Source of the DNA: Octopus vulgaris
Taxonomy: Eukaryota
Reading direction: 5' to 3'
Assembly: GCA_951406725.2 (NCBI GenBank)
Contig: OX597819.1
Coordinates: forward strand, 77,376,001-77,440,000
DNA: 64,000 nucleotides
Part shown: positions 42,629 through 56,091 of the stretch, one piece after another
Numbering within the stretch: position 1 is the first letter of the stretch
Layout of the letters: the number at the start of each line of letters is the position of its first letter
The notes under the pieces: model-generated
What the model saw: only the letters and a program-made list of their open reading frames with translations
What the model was told of the DNA's origin: nothing
The model's database searches: none
Translations under genes and position numbers: made by a program

Positions 42629-42633
<5 letters not shown>
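39743..42633 (-). mobile_element. CR1-clade LINE, 5'-truncated, inserted in (TA)n
   Basis: ORF2, ~70-bp 3' UTR, tandem 3' tail (TTCTAAGTTA)2. Confidence 0.9.
39830..42630 (-). CDS. LINE ORF2: APE endonuclease (N-terminus missing) plus reverse transcriptase
   Basis: GGTAIYV, LYRPP, MGDFN, SDH (APE); [36 protein letters not shown] (RT); RPHLEYC. The ORF-track N-terminal ~80 aa are microsatellite. Confidence 0.92.
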
Positions 42634-42665
<32 letters not shown>

Positions 42666-42674
42666 ATATATTTA

Positions 42675-42712
<38 letters not shown>

Positions 42713-42733
42713 GTGTGTATGTATATATATATA

Positions 42734-42827
<94 letters not shown>

Positions 42828-42879
42828 CATATGTGTGTGTGTGTGTGTATATATATATACATATACACATATGTATTTT

Positions 42880-43224
42880 CAACGGCACTCCGTCGGTTAC
42901 GACGACGAGGGTTCCAGTTAACCCAATCAACGGAACAGCCTGCTCGTGAAATTAACTTGCAAGTGGCTGAGCCTTGAACTCTTAACTCTTATCGAAGATT
43001 CGGCGCAACACAGAATATGACAAACCTGGCCCTTTGAAATACAGGTACAACAGAAACAGGGAAAAAGACTGAGAGAAAGTTGTGGGAAAAGAGTACACCA
43101 AAGTTCGCCCCTACTGGAGCTTCGTGGGGCTTTAAGTGTTTTCGCTCAATAAACACTCACAACGCCCGGTCTGGGGATCGAAACAGCGAGTCCGCTACCC
43201 TAACAATTGGGCCATTGCACCTCC
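42880..43224 (-). mobile_element. SINE family C-related copy
   Basis: CAACGGAACAGCCTGCTCGTGAAATTAAC shared with ~21385-21420. Confidence 0.7.
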
Positions 43225-43608
43225 CCATGTATGTATGTTTACATATATGTGTGTGTGTGTGTGCGTGTGTGTGTGTGTGTGCGTGTGTGTGTGCGTGCGT
43301 GTGTGTGTGTGCATGTGTGTGTGTGTGTGTGTGTAACGTGTGAGTGAACATGTGAGATATTTCAACGACTTTGTGCATTTCCGGTTAATCGAGGCGCAAA
43401 AAAAGGCGTTACTCGGAGTAGCAACGGTTTAATCTTCGACTCTTTTTTACTGCTACTGATACAATTTTCTTCTGCTGCTGCTACTACTACTAATACTAAT
43501 ACTTGTTTTGAGTTTAAAAGAGACCGATAGAATAAGTACCAAACATATTAACTTTCAAGATGGTCTGCCAGCATTGGTATGGCCACAGTCCAAATATAGG
43601 TGTGTATG

Positions 43609-43640
<32 letters not shown>

Positions 43641-44318
43641 GGATAAAATTTTCGAAAAAATTTTATCAGTGGCCAGCATATTAAAAAATACCTTTCAAGG
43701 TTAAATTTATAAACAACTTATAAACAAGGGCAAAAGAAAAAAAAATTCCAATGCCAAATATGCCGAAAATAGACTTAAAAGTCAATAACCACAAATAATT
43801 CATCACTATAAGCACGCATCCCGATTTTTTTTCTTTTGCCCTTGTTTATAATTTGTTTATAAATTTAACCTTAAAAGTTATTGTTTAATATGCTGGCCAC
43901 TGATAAAATTTTTCGAAAATTTTATCCTATATTAAATGTAAATTTAATACCATCCACTTCCGGATTCTCTCATTCTATGAGAATTTTCAGTCCGATTACA
44001 CAAGTCTCGAGGTGTGCTGTAAAATTCCTATTTTGGATATATTTGGGGTACTTAAGTGTACACATGACTTTGTATCTACTTCTTCCATGGGTGCAAGTAA
44101 GTATCTCATTTATTTCTTATCGTATTTACCGCTGAAGACAAGAAAATTCTTTATGAATTAATTCAGAAATCGGACAGATTCGGTATTAACGGAATGTTTT
44201 AGAAATTTCTGTCGGCTTGCTTCGGGGCGCGTGCTTATAGTGATGAATTATATGTGGTTATTGACGATTTAAGTCTATTTTCGGCATATTTGGCATTGAA
44301 TTTTTTTCTTTTGCCCTT
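43641..44318. mobile_element. Nested inverted-repeat element (A-B-A'-C-B') between (TA)n tracts
   Basis: 43641-43745 is the inverse of 43824-43930, and 43728-43823 is the inverse of 44222-44318. Confidence 0.8.
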
Positions 44319-44329
44319 ATATATATATG

Positions 44330-45244
44330 CAGAGTGCGTAAGGTATTTGAAGACATACCTTTTTGGGGGTCATTACTGCATTTGTTTGCATTTGTTTGCT
44401 AACACTGTATAACCATTGTTTCTGAAAATAATAATGGCAGACCCTCAGCTTACTCAAGAAATGAAAAGGCATGCTGTTATTGTAGTGATAAAGGCTGAGC
44501 ATAGCGATTTAGAAATATCTCCATTTAAAAAAATTGCCAGATCTCTCGTCTACAAAGTTTGTAAGGAGCTAGAGACTGAAGATGGAAACGTATCACCAAT
44601 ATTAAAGCATAGAAAGCATTCTAAACGCTCTGAAATCATCAGAATACCTGAATTTATTCCAAAAAGTTCATGAGGCCTATTGTAAAAGATCGCCATGTAT
44701 CAGATGAAACAGTCAGAGATATTGTCCACGAAGACATCAGATATAAGTCTTATATGATGAGGAAAGGTCAATTTGTCCGAAAAAACAAAAGAAAATCACT
44801 ACATCAGATCTAAAAGGCTCTTAAACAAACTGAAATATCTAGCAAGATTTGATTTGGTTTTTCAGAAACGAGTAAAACTTCGACCAAGATGAAAAAGTTA
44901 GCAGAAGAAATGACAGGTGGTTTTGTGCAGACCCTTCTTAAGTTTCAAGTGTTATGCATACAAAATTTCCTGCAACTGTCATGGTTTTAGGGGTTGTCAG
45001 CAATGAAGGATATGTTATGCCTCCTTATTCCTTTCCACAATGCCTTAAATTTAACTTTGCCGCCTACATTGAGGTCCTGGAAATAATTGTTAAGCCCCGG
45101 ACAGACAGTGTATGCAATGGAAGGCCATATGTGTTTCAGTAAGACTCTACACTATCACACATGGCTCTAATAACACAGGAATGAATACCTAAATATTTTC
45201 ATGATCACATAACCCCTAACATTTGGCCTCCTAATTCCCCAGAT
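44330..45244 (+). pseudogene. Tc1/mariner-superfamily transposase remnant (DD37D/maT-like), 3'-truncated
   Basis: MADPQLTQEMKRHAVIV HTH, KFPATVMVLGVVSNEG, YVFQ*DS..H, IWPPNSPD, then cut by (CA)n. Confidence 0.8.
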
Positions 45245-45400
45245 ACACACCCACACACATACACACACACACACAACACACACACACACAACACACACGC
45301 AGAAGCACACACATTCACACCATGCTGCATGCAGACTCATACAAAGTACACATGCGCATACAAACATATATATGCTTTCATATGTATATATATATATATA

Positions 45401-45642
45401 TACGAACAAAACGCCCTCCGTCCAATGGACGGTGCTGATGTACTTGTGCGAACAAATGCACGTTCCCACGGCTTTATCGATCGCATTCTCACCTGAAATC
45501 GATTTTTGTAATTTTTCAAGACTTATACACGCCCTGATACCGTCGGGATCTACATATCAAATTTGAGCACAATCGGATGGAGGATGCCAGAGATCCTAGA
45601 AGACACACACACAGACAGACAGAACGGATTTTATATAATAAA
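45401..45642 (-). mobile_element. Probable non-autonomous Helitron
   Basis: Minus-strand subterminal hairpin CCGTCC-ATT-GGACGG and a TATATAAAA/(TGTC)n 5' region. Termini are degenerate. Confidence 0.45.
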
Positions 45643-45690
45643 TATGTGGGTGGGCGTATATATGTATACGCACATATATATACATATGTG

Positions 45691-45821
<131 letters not shown>

Positions 45822-45823
45822 AG

Positions 45824-46144
45824 ATTGAGGGAGTAGAGCAGGTAAAACCCAAGCTACGTATGTTTCTTAGCTAGCAGATCTTCTGATGTAAAGTTTACAC
45901 AACGTGGGGTGCTGAACTAACTACTCATCAGGCCGAAGATATAATTTGAAAAAACAAAGTTAATCTTCGGCGCGTTAACTTGGGATTCCTACACATCAGT
46001 ATAACTTTCATGTAATTAACGTATCTTCAACCTGATGAGTAGCTAGTGGAGTACCCCTACTCCCGTTGAGTAATTATTACATCAGAGAATCTGGTAACTA
46101 GGAAATATACGTAGACTGAGTTTTACCTGCTCTACTCCCTCAAT
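45824..46144. mobile_element. Foldback element with ~120-bp arms, each carrying a hammerhead motif
   Basis: ATTGAGGGAGTAGAGCAGGTAAAAC / GTTTTACCTGCTCTACTCCCTCAAT ends. CTGATGA at 45925-45931 (-) and 46032-46038 (+). Confidence 0.8.
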
Positions 46145-46375
46145 TTGGATTTTTATTCGCATTCATAGCGACTCAAGTTGCTAACTCAGAGGTATGAGAG
46201 ACATTTTTTCTGCTTATCGAACTTCGATATGGGAAAAGCTTTCAACCTTCGACGTCAATAAATTAATATTATTCTTGAAAAATTTTTTTTTTTTCATAAC
46301 TAACACGGACTGCTCCGACCTTATAAACTTCCTACACTTAGATCCTGGAATTACACATAAATACATACATGCATA

Positions 46376-46446
<71 letters not shown>

Positions 46447-46574
46447 GACGACGGCTTCTTCCAGTTTCCGTCTACCGAATCCACTCACAAGGCTTTGGTC
46501 GGCTCGAGTTTATAGCAGAAGACACTTGCCCAAGGTGCCATATATATATATACAAACACGTTCATGCATATATA

Positions 46575-46634
<60 letters not shown>

Positions 46635-46637
<3 letters not shown>

Positions 46638-47120
46638 TAATACCCCATTTTACGAGGACCCGTTTTACGAGAACCCGGGTTTACGAGTTTTATTTTTCTG
46701 CCCATTTTTGTATGGTGAGCTGAAAATTTTCAAGAACAAGTTCCAAATTTTGAACGAAGTGCAAAAGTTTCTATTAACATAACAAATGCTTCTGCGTGTT
46801 GCCGAGAAATTCATAGAGAGCGAAGAATGTTTTTCTAAGCAAATAACTCTAGACTTGTTTTTTAAAAAATCTACAAGTTAACTTAACATGCTAACTTAAC
46901 ATGAACACACAACTTAATACATGATACTACTAATCTTACTAATACCAATAATCCCACTAATCCTCACACATTCCATATACCATTCATACTCTATTAGTCA
47001 TATTAAACTAATTGCATCACTTCCAGAACTGCTTACCTCCCTTGAATGCAACCTTTTCACTCAGGTTTGAAATTGGTGTTAATTCAAAGTCAGTGAACAG
47101 CGTTGACGAAACCGGTATGA
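46635..47120 (+). mobile_element. pogo/Tigger-derived remnant
   Basis: TA|CAGT start with repeated TTTACGAG, KQITLDLFFKK C-terminal-like motif, VDETG motif. Confidence 0.55.
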
Positions 47121-47526
47121 CTTTCTATATCGACTCATAATAATTATTTTTATACTTCTTAATTCCACCTCAAATCATTTATTTGGATGTATATATCTTT
47201 GTTTTTATAAAAATAAGCCATTACTTTTATCCTTTGTGCCCATTTTCTTTGTTTCTTTTTACTTCTTACTTTCGCCCAATTCATACCACGTGTAGACTTT
47301 TTTCTTTGAAACCTGTTTCTATGATATATATATACAATTTTGTGAATGTACAAACAGCTTGTTCGTTTACGTTTGTACATTCACAAAATTATATTTTACA
47401 ATTTCGAGAAACGAACGAAAGCGCTAATAATAACGAAGAAATAAAAAGATTTTTTTTCCAAAATTCTGAAAATTTTAAAACATTTTTTTTCAATATTCAA
47501 TTTTTGTACATAACACCTAACACACA

Positions 47527-47570
<44 letters not shown>

Positions 47571-47571
47571 G

Positions 47572-47640
<69 letters not shown>

Positions 47641-47689
47641 TTATGTATGTATGTATATAGGTATGTATGTAGGTACGTATGTGTGCAGA

Positions 47690-47855
47690 TTTGTATGTTT
47701 TGCTTTATGTATGCATTCTCATGCATATAGCTGCATATCTAGACATGTTCATATGTATTTAAATGCTAAACTTTTGGAAAATTTTACAGGTTTTTACAGT
47801 TCCAGTGATGGATTGAATCTGTAGTCTTCGAATTACCTTTCTCCTAGGCTCCTTC
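47690..47855 (-). mobile_element. Short 3'-end copy of the R4-like LINE
   Basis: Near-duplicate of 48215-48360, embedded in (TATG)n. Confidence 0.75.
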
Positions 47856-47974
47856 ATTGGAATTTCAACAGCAACAACAGGGTATCTTTGTTTGTTTGTA
47901 TGTATGTATGTATGTATGTATGTATGTATGTATGTATGTATGTATGTATGTATGTGTGTAAGTATGTATGTATG

Positions 47975-48008
<34 letters not shown>

Positions 48009-48214
48009 TGTATGTATGTAAATATGTATGTATGTATGTAAATATGTATGTATGTAAGTATGTTTGTATGTATTCTGCATGCATGTATGTATGTATGTAT
48101 ATATGTATGTATGTATGTATGTACGTAAGTAAGTATGTATATATGTATTCTTGCATTTATGTATGTATGTATGTATTTATGTATGTATGAATGCATATAT
48201 GCATGTATGTATGT

Positions 48215-49620
48215 TTTACGTATGTATTCTCATGCATATAGTTGCTTATCTAGACATGCTAATATATATTCAAATGATAAAATTCTGGAAAGTTTTACAG
48301 ATTTTTACAGTTTCAGTAATGGATTGGATCTGTAGTCTTCAAATTATCTTTCTCCTTTCTGGTTTTGGGAAGCCTGATTTCTCAAGATTGGTATTTAGGC
48401 AGTTTGTTACATATCTCAGGGCCCCTATAATTACAGGTATAAACCTGAACTTGTAATCTGGAGAGAGTAACTGCAGATTTCTCAATATTTCAGCATAGGT
48501 GTTCTCTTTTTCACTGATCTTCAGCTTTATGTTAACATCCGCTGGGCAGCTAATTTCCACAACTGTGCACAGTTTCTCTTCTCTATCCCAAATCATTATA
48601 TCAGGTGTGTTGTGCTTAAATTTTATTGAAGACTTCACTTGTACATTCCGCCAGTATTTCTTTTTTATTATGAGTGACTATGTCTTAACCATATTGTGAG
48701 GTCTTATTTCTTTTGTCCTCGGGATTATCCTTCGACGGATTTCATTATAGAGTATCCTAGCTACAAGGTCATGTCTCATCGGTAGAAAATAACGTGATGA
48801 CATTTTCGGACAACTGCTTATGACGTGGGTGATATCTTCAGTGTGAACTCCACAAAGTCTGCATCGGTTGTCACACTTTATGGCTTTACCTGCATCTCTA
48901 TTCTTTTAGTACAATCCTGTTCCTGGATTGCAAACGCATACTCTTCAAAGTGAGAGGTAGTAATCCGGCTATTGGTCCATGATAAACTGCTTAGAGGATC
49001 AAATTTATTATCATCACGGAGCTTTCTATTAACATATCCATGCATAGTCTTCTGCTCATATAGGCTCATCCTTTCATCTGATGATACGTTGCGGGCATGT
49101 ATTCTAGGTTATCAAAGAGTGTTCTTCAATGAGCTGCTTTGGTCAAAGGGTGCGCTTCGACACTTGGTGGTTAAAAGATGCTGCCGAAGGGATATGATGC
49201 GACATTCGAAGGCATTTTGGATCGATGCTAAGCCTCTTCCGCTTTGTTTTCGTTTTAGGTAGAGGTGGTCTATATCACTGTTTATGTGGAGATTATGTGT
49301 GCTTGTTAGTATTTTTCAGGTTTTCACTTCAATGGCTCGGATCTCATCAAGCGTCCAAACAAGCAGCCCAAATGTTGATAAGTGTACTGCCACTGCAAAC
49401 ACATCGTGGGTCACTGTTTTATTGAATGCAGGAAGTTCTGAGGTCCAAATTTTCTTGTTACAGGCGCCACTGTAAAATATATTTTCATCCACCCCTAGAT
49501 ACCTGTACCATTCCTCGTCAGACACAGAGGAAACAGTCAAATCATTAACGGAGATGTTACTAATCTGGTCTATGGTTTTCCCTTTTTTCGCAACCATATA
49601 ACAACATTTATCTTGACCAT
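48215..49620 (-). mobile_element. R4/Dong-clade non-LTR retrotransposon fragment (RT thumb, CCHC, RLE)
   Basis: YRYLGV, GRGL, CRLCGVHTEDITHVISSC, RHD, TPDIMIWD..VVEISCP..EKENTY..IPVIIGAL. Confidence 0.85.
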
Positions 49621-50043
49621 GTATGTATGGTATAATGTTCCACTGAAATACATCCCATTTTAAAACTGTAAATATTAAGATAGATTTTCTTTGATCTTAC
49701 CCAAAAATAATAGAATAATCTTGACGTAGCATAATTATAGGCTCTTTCAAACTGCAAATAAATGTTTTTAAGGCCGTTTTTCTTATTATCCCCCAAACAT
49801 TTTGGTGCACAGTGTTAGTAATTTTAAGGGTTTTTTTTCTTCTATTTAAAGGAAATTGTCAGAGATACTGGGCTGAGTGAGTCTTTTGCTCTATATATGT
49901 GTATGAGGGATATCAGTTTTTTGTTGAAAAATGTCATGAAATCAAGTAAATCTGTTTGCATAACTCTAGGGGCTTGGATAAAGTATGTTTGGGAGTGCCA
50001 TGTTCTGTGTCCTACTAACTGCTTGTTTTGAGAGTGTGTGCGC

Positions 50044-50098
<55 letters not shown>

Positions 50099-50739
50099 TG
50101 TGTGCGTGTGTGTGAGTGTGAGTGTGTGTGTGTGTGTGTGTACGCAGGGTGAATGTTTAAGCAAAGGAAAGAAAAGAGCACTATTTGGGAGACTGCCCAA
50201 AATGCCCAGCTGTCTTTTGATTTTAGTATATATAAAGAAATTTATATATATTTAAAAAATTTATATATATTTAAAAAATGGCACAAGGAGCAAAAGAATT
50301 CATATCTATATGTGTGTGCGCACACGGTGCGTAGGTGCGTGTGTGTGCGTGTGGAATTAGATGTACAGCCGTTACTGTATGAGTTAGAGTTCCTCGTATA
50401 TTGTCATTATACAACCAGTTGTATCATAAGTAGCAACATTACTAAGTACAGTGGTGAACTAACCCCTACACTGGAAACTGGTTGTGTAATGACAATCTAC
50501 GAGGAGCTCTAGAACATACAGTAGCAGCTGTACATCTAATTCCACACACATATGCAGGGTGAAAATTAAGATAAACATAAGTATAAATTATAAATTATAT
50601 ATATATCACCGGGATCACCGTGACCGATCAGGCTATCAGATGTTGCTACACGTCGCTGGTCAAAATGCACTTCGCATTGTTTTAGCCTTCAAATGACGCC
50701 ACCCTGCTGGCTAAGCGAGCAGGCCAATATATATATATT

Positions 50740-50914
50740 TATAAATAAGGATAATATCGATATTTAAATATCGATCTTATCAAGTGGCCAGCATGGGAAT
50801 AAATACCATACAAAGGTAACAATTATTTAAAACTATAAATAAGGGTATCTGAGAAATACCACCATGCTATTTCGGCATGGTGGTATCTCTTAGATACCCT
50901 TATTTATAGTTTTA
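50740..50914. repeat. AT-flanked repeat ending in a ~40-bp-arm hairpin
   Basis: 50828-50914 near-perfect palindrome. GTGGCCAGCAT shared with the 43641 element. Confidence 0.75.
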
Positions 50915-51168
50915 TATATATATAAAATACAGTGTACATTTAAACACATAAGAGGACATAAATTTGTCAATCTACTTTATTTTGGTTAATATAGAAAGGA
51001 TTGCGGTAATTCCTCCTGAAGATATAGAGTCAAAATTAAAAGAAGAGTGACATCGTTATCTAGTGAACGATATTTCGACATCTTGTGTTGCGACAGACGA
51101 AATACCGCTAAGCATTTCGCCCGATGTGCTAACGATTCTGCCACCTCACCGCCTTAATGATGATGATG

Positions 51169-51235
<67 letters not shown>

Positions 51236-51572
51236 TAATAACAATAATTATAATAATAATAATCCTTTCTACTATAGACACAATGCCTGAAATTTGGGGG
51301 CGAGGGATAGTCGATTACATCGACCCCAGTGTTTCACTGCTACTTAATTTATCGACCCCGAATGGATGAAAGGCAAAGTCGACCTCGGCGGAACTTGAAC
51401 TCAGAACATTGCAGCAGACGAAATACCGCTCAGCATTTCATCCAGTGTGTTAACAATTAATAATAACAACAACAACAACATCAACAACCACAGCAACAAC
51501 AATCATTTTTTTAAAGAAAACGAATTTATTAACTAAATTATTTATAAAAAAATATGCTTATACTGAAGTAGT

Positions 51573-51994
51573 TTCTTATTTCTTTATTGCCCACAAGGGG
51601 CTAAACATAGGGGGACAAAGAAAGACAGACAAAGGGATTAAGTTGATTACATCGACTCCAGTACGTAACTAGTACTTAATTTATCGACCCCGAAAGGATT
51701 AAAGGCAAAGTCGACCTCGGCGGAATTTGAACTCAGAACGTAACGGCAGACGAAATACCTATTTCTTTACTACCCACAAGGAGCTAAACACGGAGAGGAC
51801 AAATAAGGACAGACAAACCGATTAAGTCGATTACATCGACCCCAGTGCGTAACTGATACTTAATTTATCGACCCCGAAAGGATGAAAGGCAAAGTCGACC
51901 TCGGCGGAATTTGAATTCAGAACGTAACGGCAGACGAAATACGGCTACGCATTTCGCCCGGCGTGTTAACGTTTCTGCCAGCTCGCTGCCTTCC
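51573..51994 (-). mobile_element. SINE family B with internal tandem duplication and 13-bp TSD
   Basis: TSD ATACTGAAGTAGT at 51560-51572 and 51995-52007. The core is present twice. Confidence 0.9.
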
Positions 51995-52800
51995 ATACTG
52001 AAGTAGTCTCTGACACCAAACTGGAATCTGAAGGGAATGAACTATATCAGATGTCAGACCAGATGACTGAGTGGAAGGTTTGCTGGTGATAGCCGGAAAG
52101 TTTTGTGATTTGATTGAGAGAGTATTGAGGGAGTATTCAGCACCTGTCTCTCATACTGCCACCCCCACCATCATCATCATTGCCAACACTACCAAAAGCA
52201 ACTGGATCATACTATATTTTCTAACTATATTATGCAATGAGTTCCGCCTCTTTTTATAATAAGATGTAATTTGAAGGAGGGTGGTTGCTATTTCTAGCAG
52301 ATCGAGCGTTCCCGTTGTGGCCTCGCTTTTCGTTCGTGGCAAGGCTGGCTATTTGAATGATATAGTCAGAAGTTTTCAAGAATCCAAACCAAGAAGCTGT
52401 TGCAGAAATCATTTGATCAAGAGCCAAATTGCCGCCATTGTTTGAACCAGCGACTATCTAATAATTGCAAATCGAATTCCATGGCCATTCGATACGCACC
52501 AACATACATTCATACTCAGATACCATTTAATAAAACACACACACAACACAAAACGCAAGCAAACTGCTATATACTATATGGTATTGTGATCCGGGAAACC
52601 ATGATGATCCAATGTAATCAAAGTTAATTCAATCGATGTCATTAATGAGCTGGTCACCTCCGGGTCAAGGGTCTCTCATATCAATCGTTTCCTATTGCTT
52701 CCGTTACGTCGTCTTGCAATCCCTTTACTCGGCTAATTGAGTCCTTGTCTGCTCGTCTGCTAGTCTGCTTTTATCCTCCCTCTGTTCTATCATCCATTTG

Positions 52801-52831
<31 letters not shown>

Positions 52832-52835
52832 TCTA

Positions 52836-52867
<32 letters not shown>

Positions 52868-53032
52868 CATCTATCTATCTGTCTATCTATCTATCCATCT
52901 ATCTATCTATCTATCTATATATCTATCTATCTATCTATCTATATATCTATCTATCTATCTATCTATTTCTATCCTCCATTCGTTTGCACTCACTTTCTAT
53001 CATCCATTTATTCCTTTTCTCTGTGTGTTTGT

Positions 53033-53207
<175 letters not shown>

Positions 53208-53430
53208 TAACACGAAGGAATAAGGATTTTAAATTCAGACAGATAACTTTCAAGCAATCTGCTAAAATCCAGACTAGGCTAACCACATCGAATATCCGGA
53301 AATCCTAATTTAGCTTCGAAGGATTTCATGCAGAATTCCAAATATACTATAAAGACAAAATGAAGAATGAAGATATTGTTACATTAGGAGATGGTCATAT
53401 TGTTTTCTATATCCTTGCTCTTCACTCCAG

Positions 53431-53473
<43 letters not shown>

Positions 53474-53509
53474 TTAGTGTTCTTTGTCTGAAATCTTTCG
53501 TCACATATA

Positions 53510-53671
53510 GGCGTAGGAGTGGCTGTGTGGTAAGTAGCTTGCTTACGAACCACATGGTTCCGGGTTCAGTCCCACTACGTGGCACCTTGGGCAAGTGTCT
53601 TCTACTATAGCCTTGGGCCGACCAAAGCCTTGTGAGTGGATTTGGTAGACGGAAACTAAAAGAAGCCCGTC

Positions 53672-53714
<43 letters not shown>

Positions 53715-53826
53715 CCGAAATTGCGAAGATGATCTGGTTCTTGACTGATGACTGAGAGCTTCTGTGTGTTTTTTTTGTCGTCTTCAAAATGTTTCACGTT
53801 CTTGTCCCAGTTTGTGTTTTTTTAAC

Positions 53827-53905
<79 letters not shown>

Positions 53906-54170
53906 CGTATGTATATATGTGTATGTATGTATGTATGTATGTATGTATGTATGTATGTATGTGTGTATATGTTTGTGTGTCTGTGTTTGTCCCCCCAACA
54001 TCGCTTGACAACCGATGCTGGTGTGTTTACGTCCCTGTAACTTAACGGTTCGGCAAAAGAGACCGATAAAATAAGTACTAGGCTTACAAAGAATAAGTCC
54101 TGGTGTCGATTTGCTCGACTAAAGTCGGTGCTCCAGCATGGCCACTGTCACATGACTGAAACAAGTAAAG
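53510..54170 (+). mobile_element. SINE family A, interrupted by a 120-bp insert in its (TA)n
   Basis: Intact head GGCGTAGGAGTGGCTGTGTGG, insert 53712-53832, 3' half 53975-54170. Confidence 0.88.
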
Positions 54171-54499
54171 ACATACTCTGTGACTTCTACATCGATCCTC
54201 TATCCCACGTGTCTCCTCCTGTTCTGTTAAGTAAATTTTGCCTTTCTGAGGTCACAGGATTTGTGACGAACGATTTCGGACAAAGGACACTAAAATAAGA
54301 ATAATAATAATGATAAAGCTGAAATGAAGACCAAATATAGAGTGCGTCTGGTTAATTGGCAAAAATATGACCATCACCAAAGAAAACAATATCTGTTTCA
54401 ATACACAATTTCACAGCAGGAATCTTACAAAGCAAATATATAAACGGAAGAATGGAGAGTAATACATCTTAGAAATTTATTTACTTATAATTTTTTTTC

Positions 54500-55081
54500 T
54501 GCATATTAATTTCCGACAGCTATTTAAGAATGTAGGTCTTTGAATCGGTATTTGAACTACAAGTTATTTAATATAAATCGATTAGGTGCACAGAAGTCTC
54601 ACCTCTAACGAATCCAACACACTTATGCAGCAGAAACACGTTTTCCAATTTAATATTTAAAAAATGTATATAAATAAATTTCAAAAATAAATAACTTTCC
54701 GTTAAAGCTGAAGTTGACTGTGTGTGGCAGGTTTGGTAGCCTTCAACTAACACTATCTCTTCCGAGACCCTGCGGCGCAAGTTGACCAAAATTGAGAGTA
54801 TGATAGAAGGCTTGCTCTTCATTCCGTAGAAGATAAAATTCAAATCGGACCATGTTAACACCAAAAAATATTTACATCAAAAAGGTGCCTTTTTTTCTAT
54901 GAAAATCCCTACTTTTTACGATTTTTTGATTGCTGTGTCGCCATTTTTCGGTGTATTTCAACCAGAAAAAATGTTCACTTAAAGAAAATAACAAGCTACA
55001 TAATGCAAAATATTTACTTTTCAAAAATTCCAATTCTAAAGGGTCGAAACAAACCCGAGCAACGCCGGACGATACTGCTAG
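54500..55081 (+). mobile_element. Helitron 3' portion (different internal sequence)
   Basis: ACAAACCCGAGCAACGCCGGACGATACTGCTAG|T end shared with the other Helitrons. 5' end not located. Confidence 0.7.
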
Positions 55082-55328
55082 TTATATATATAGATATACT
55101 CCTGTTGCATAAATGTAAATTTAAATATAGAAATTTGAAATTAAATTATTGAGTATTAATTAAAACGGCTATAAGAAGAGAAGATAACCAATTTGCTGTC
55201 AATAAACGATTATTAATTTCCTAATCTCAATTTTCTTCTTTTTCGTTCAAATGGATATAAACTATATTTATAAATGTCGGTGCCCCAGCATGGCCACAGC
55301 TCGTGAGCTGAAACTAGATGAAATAAAA

Positions 55329-55379
<51 letters not shown>

Positions 55380-55492
55380 CATATATATACACATATATTA
55401 CATATATATATATACTTATATACATATATATATATATATATATTATGTCATATATATATATATAAGATATATATATCATATATGTACGTGTA

Positions 55493-55562
<70 letters not shown>

Positions 55563-55728
55563 CGCGAGTGCGTGTGTGCAGACATGTGTGTGTAGGTATT
55601 GAGGTTGTAATTTCCACGTTGCCAAATTTATTTGGATTTGTAGCGAATTTGTAGCAATCTCCCTTGAAATTTGGATCTGGGATCTGAAATTATTAATAAA
55701 TATTTGAATATATGTTAACTTCGGGCGA

Positions 55729-55793
<65 letters not shown>

Positions 55794-56091
55794 TTAAAAG
55801 TGTACCGAAGACGTGTGCAATGTGGGCGGAAAGACGTTTTAACAGTGCGCAACTCAATGCACTGGGTGCAAACCACTACATACATAGATCAGAAATGGGC
55901 CTCTAAACTTGTGATGGCCTCTGGGGCAACTGTCCGGTATGTTATGCCCGTATTCAGGGACTAGACTGTTTGGCAGCATAAACACTACTGTAATTTTGAC
56001 GATAATGCTGTGAAATATAAAAGTATGACAAGTGCATTATCTGCAATCAGTCGCGTAATCATACAAATGGGATATTATTGGTTTCAAATTT

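Noticed and set aside
42634-42868. N-terminal extension making the LINE ORF 1012 aa
   Set aside because: In-frame read-through of the flanking (TA)n/(CA)n tract, not element sequence.
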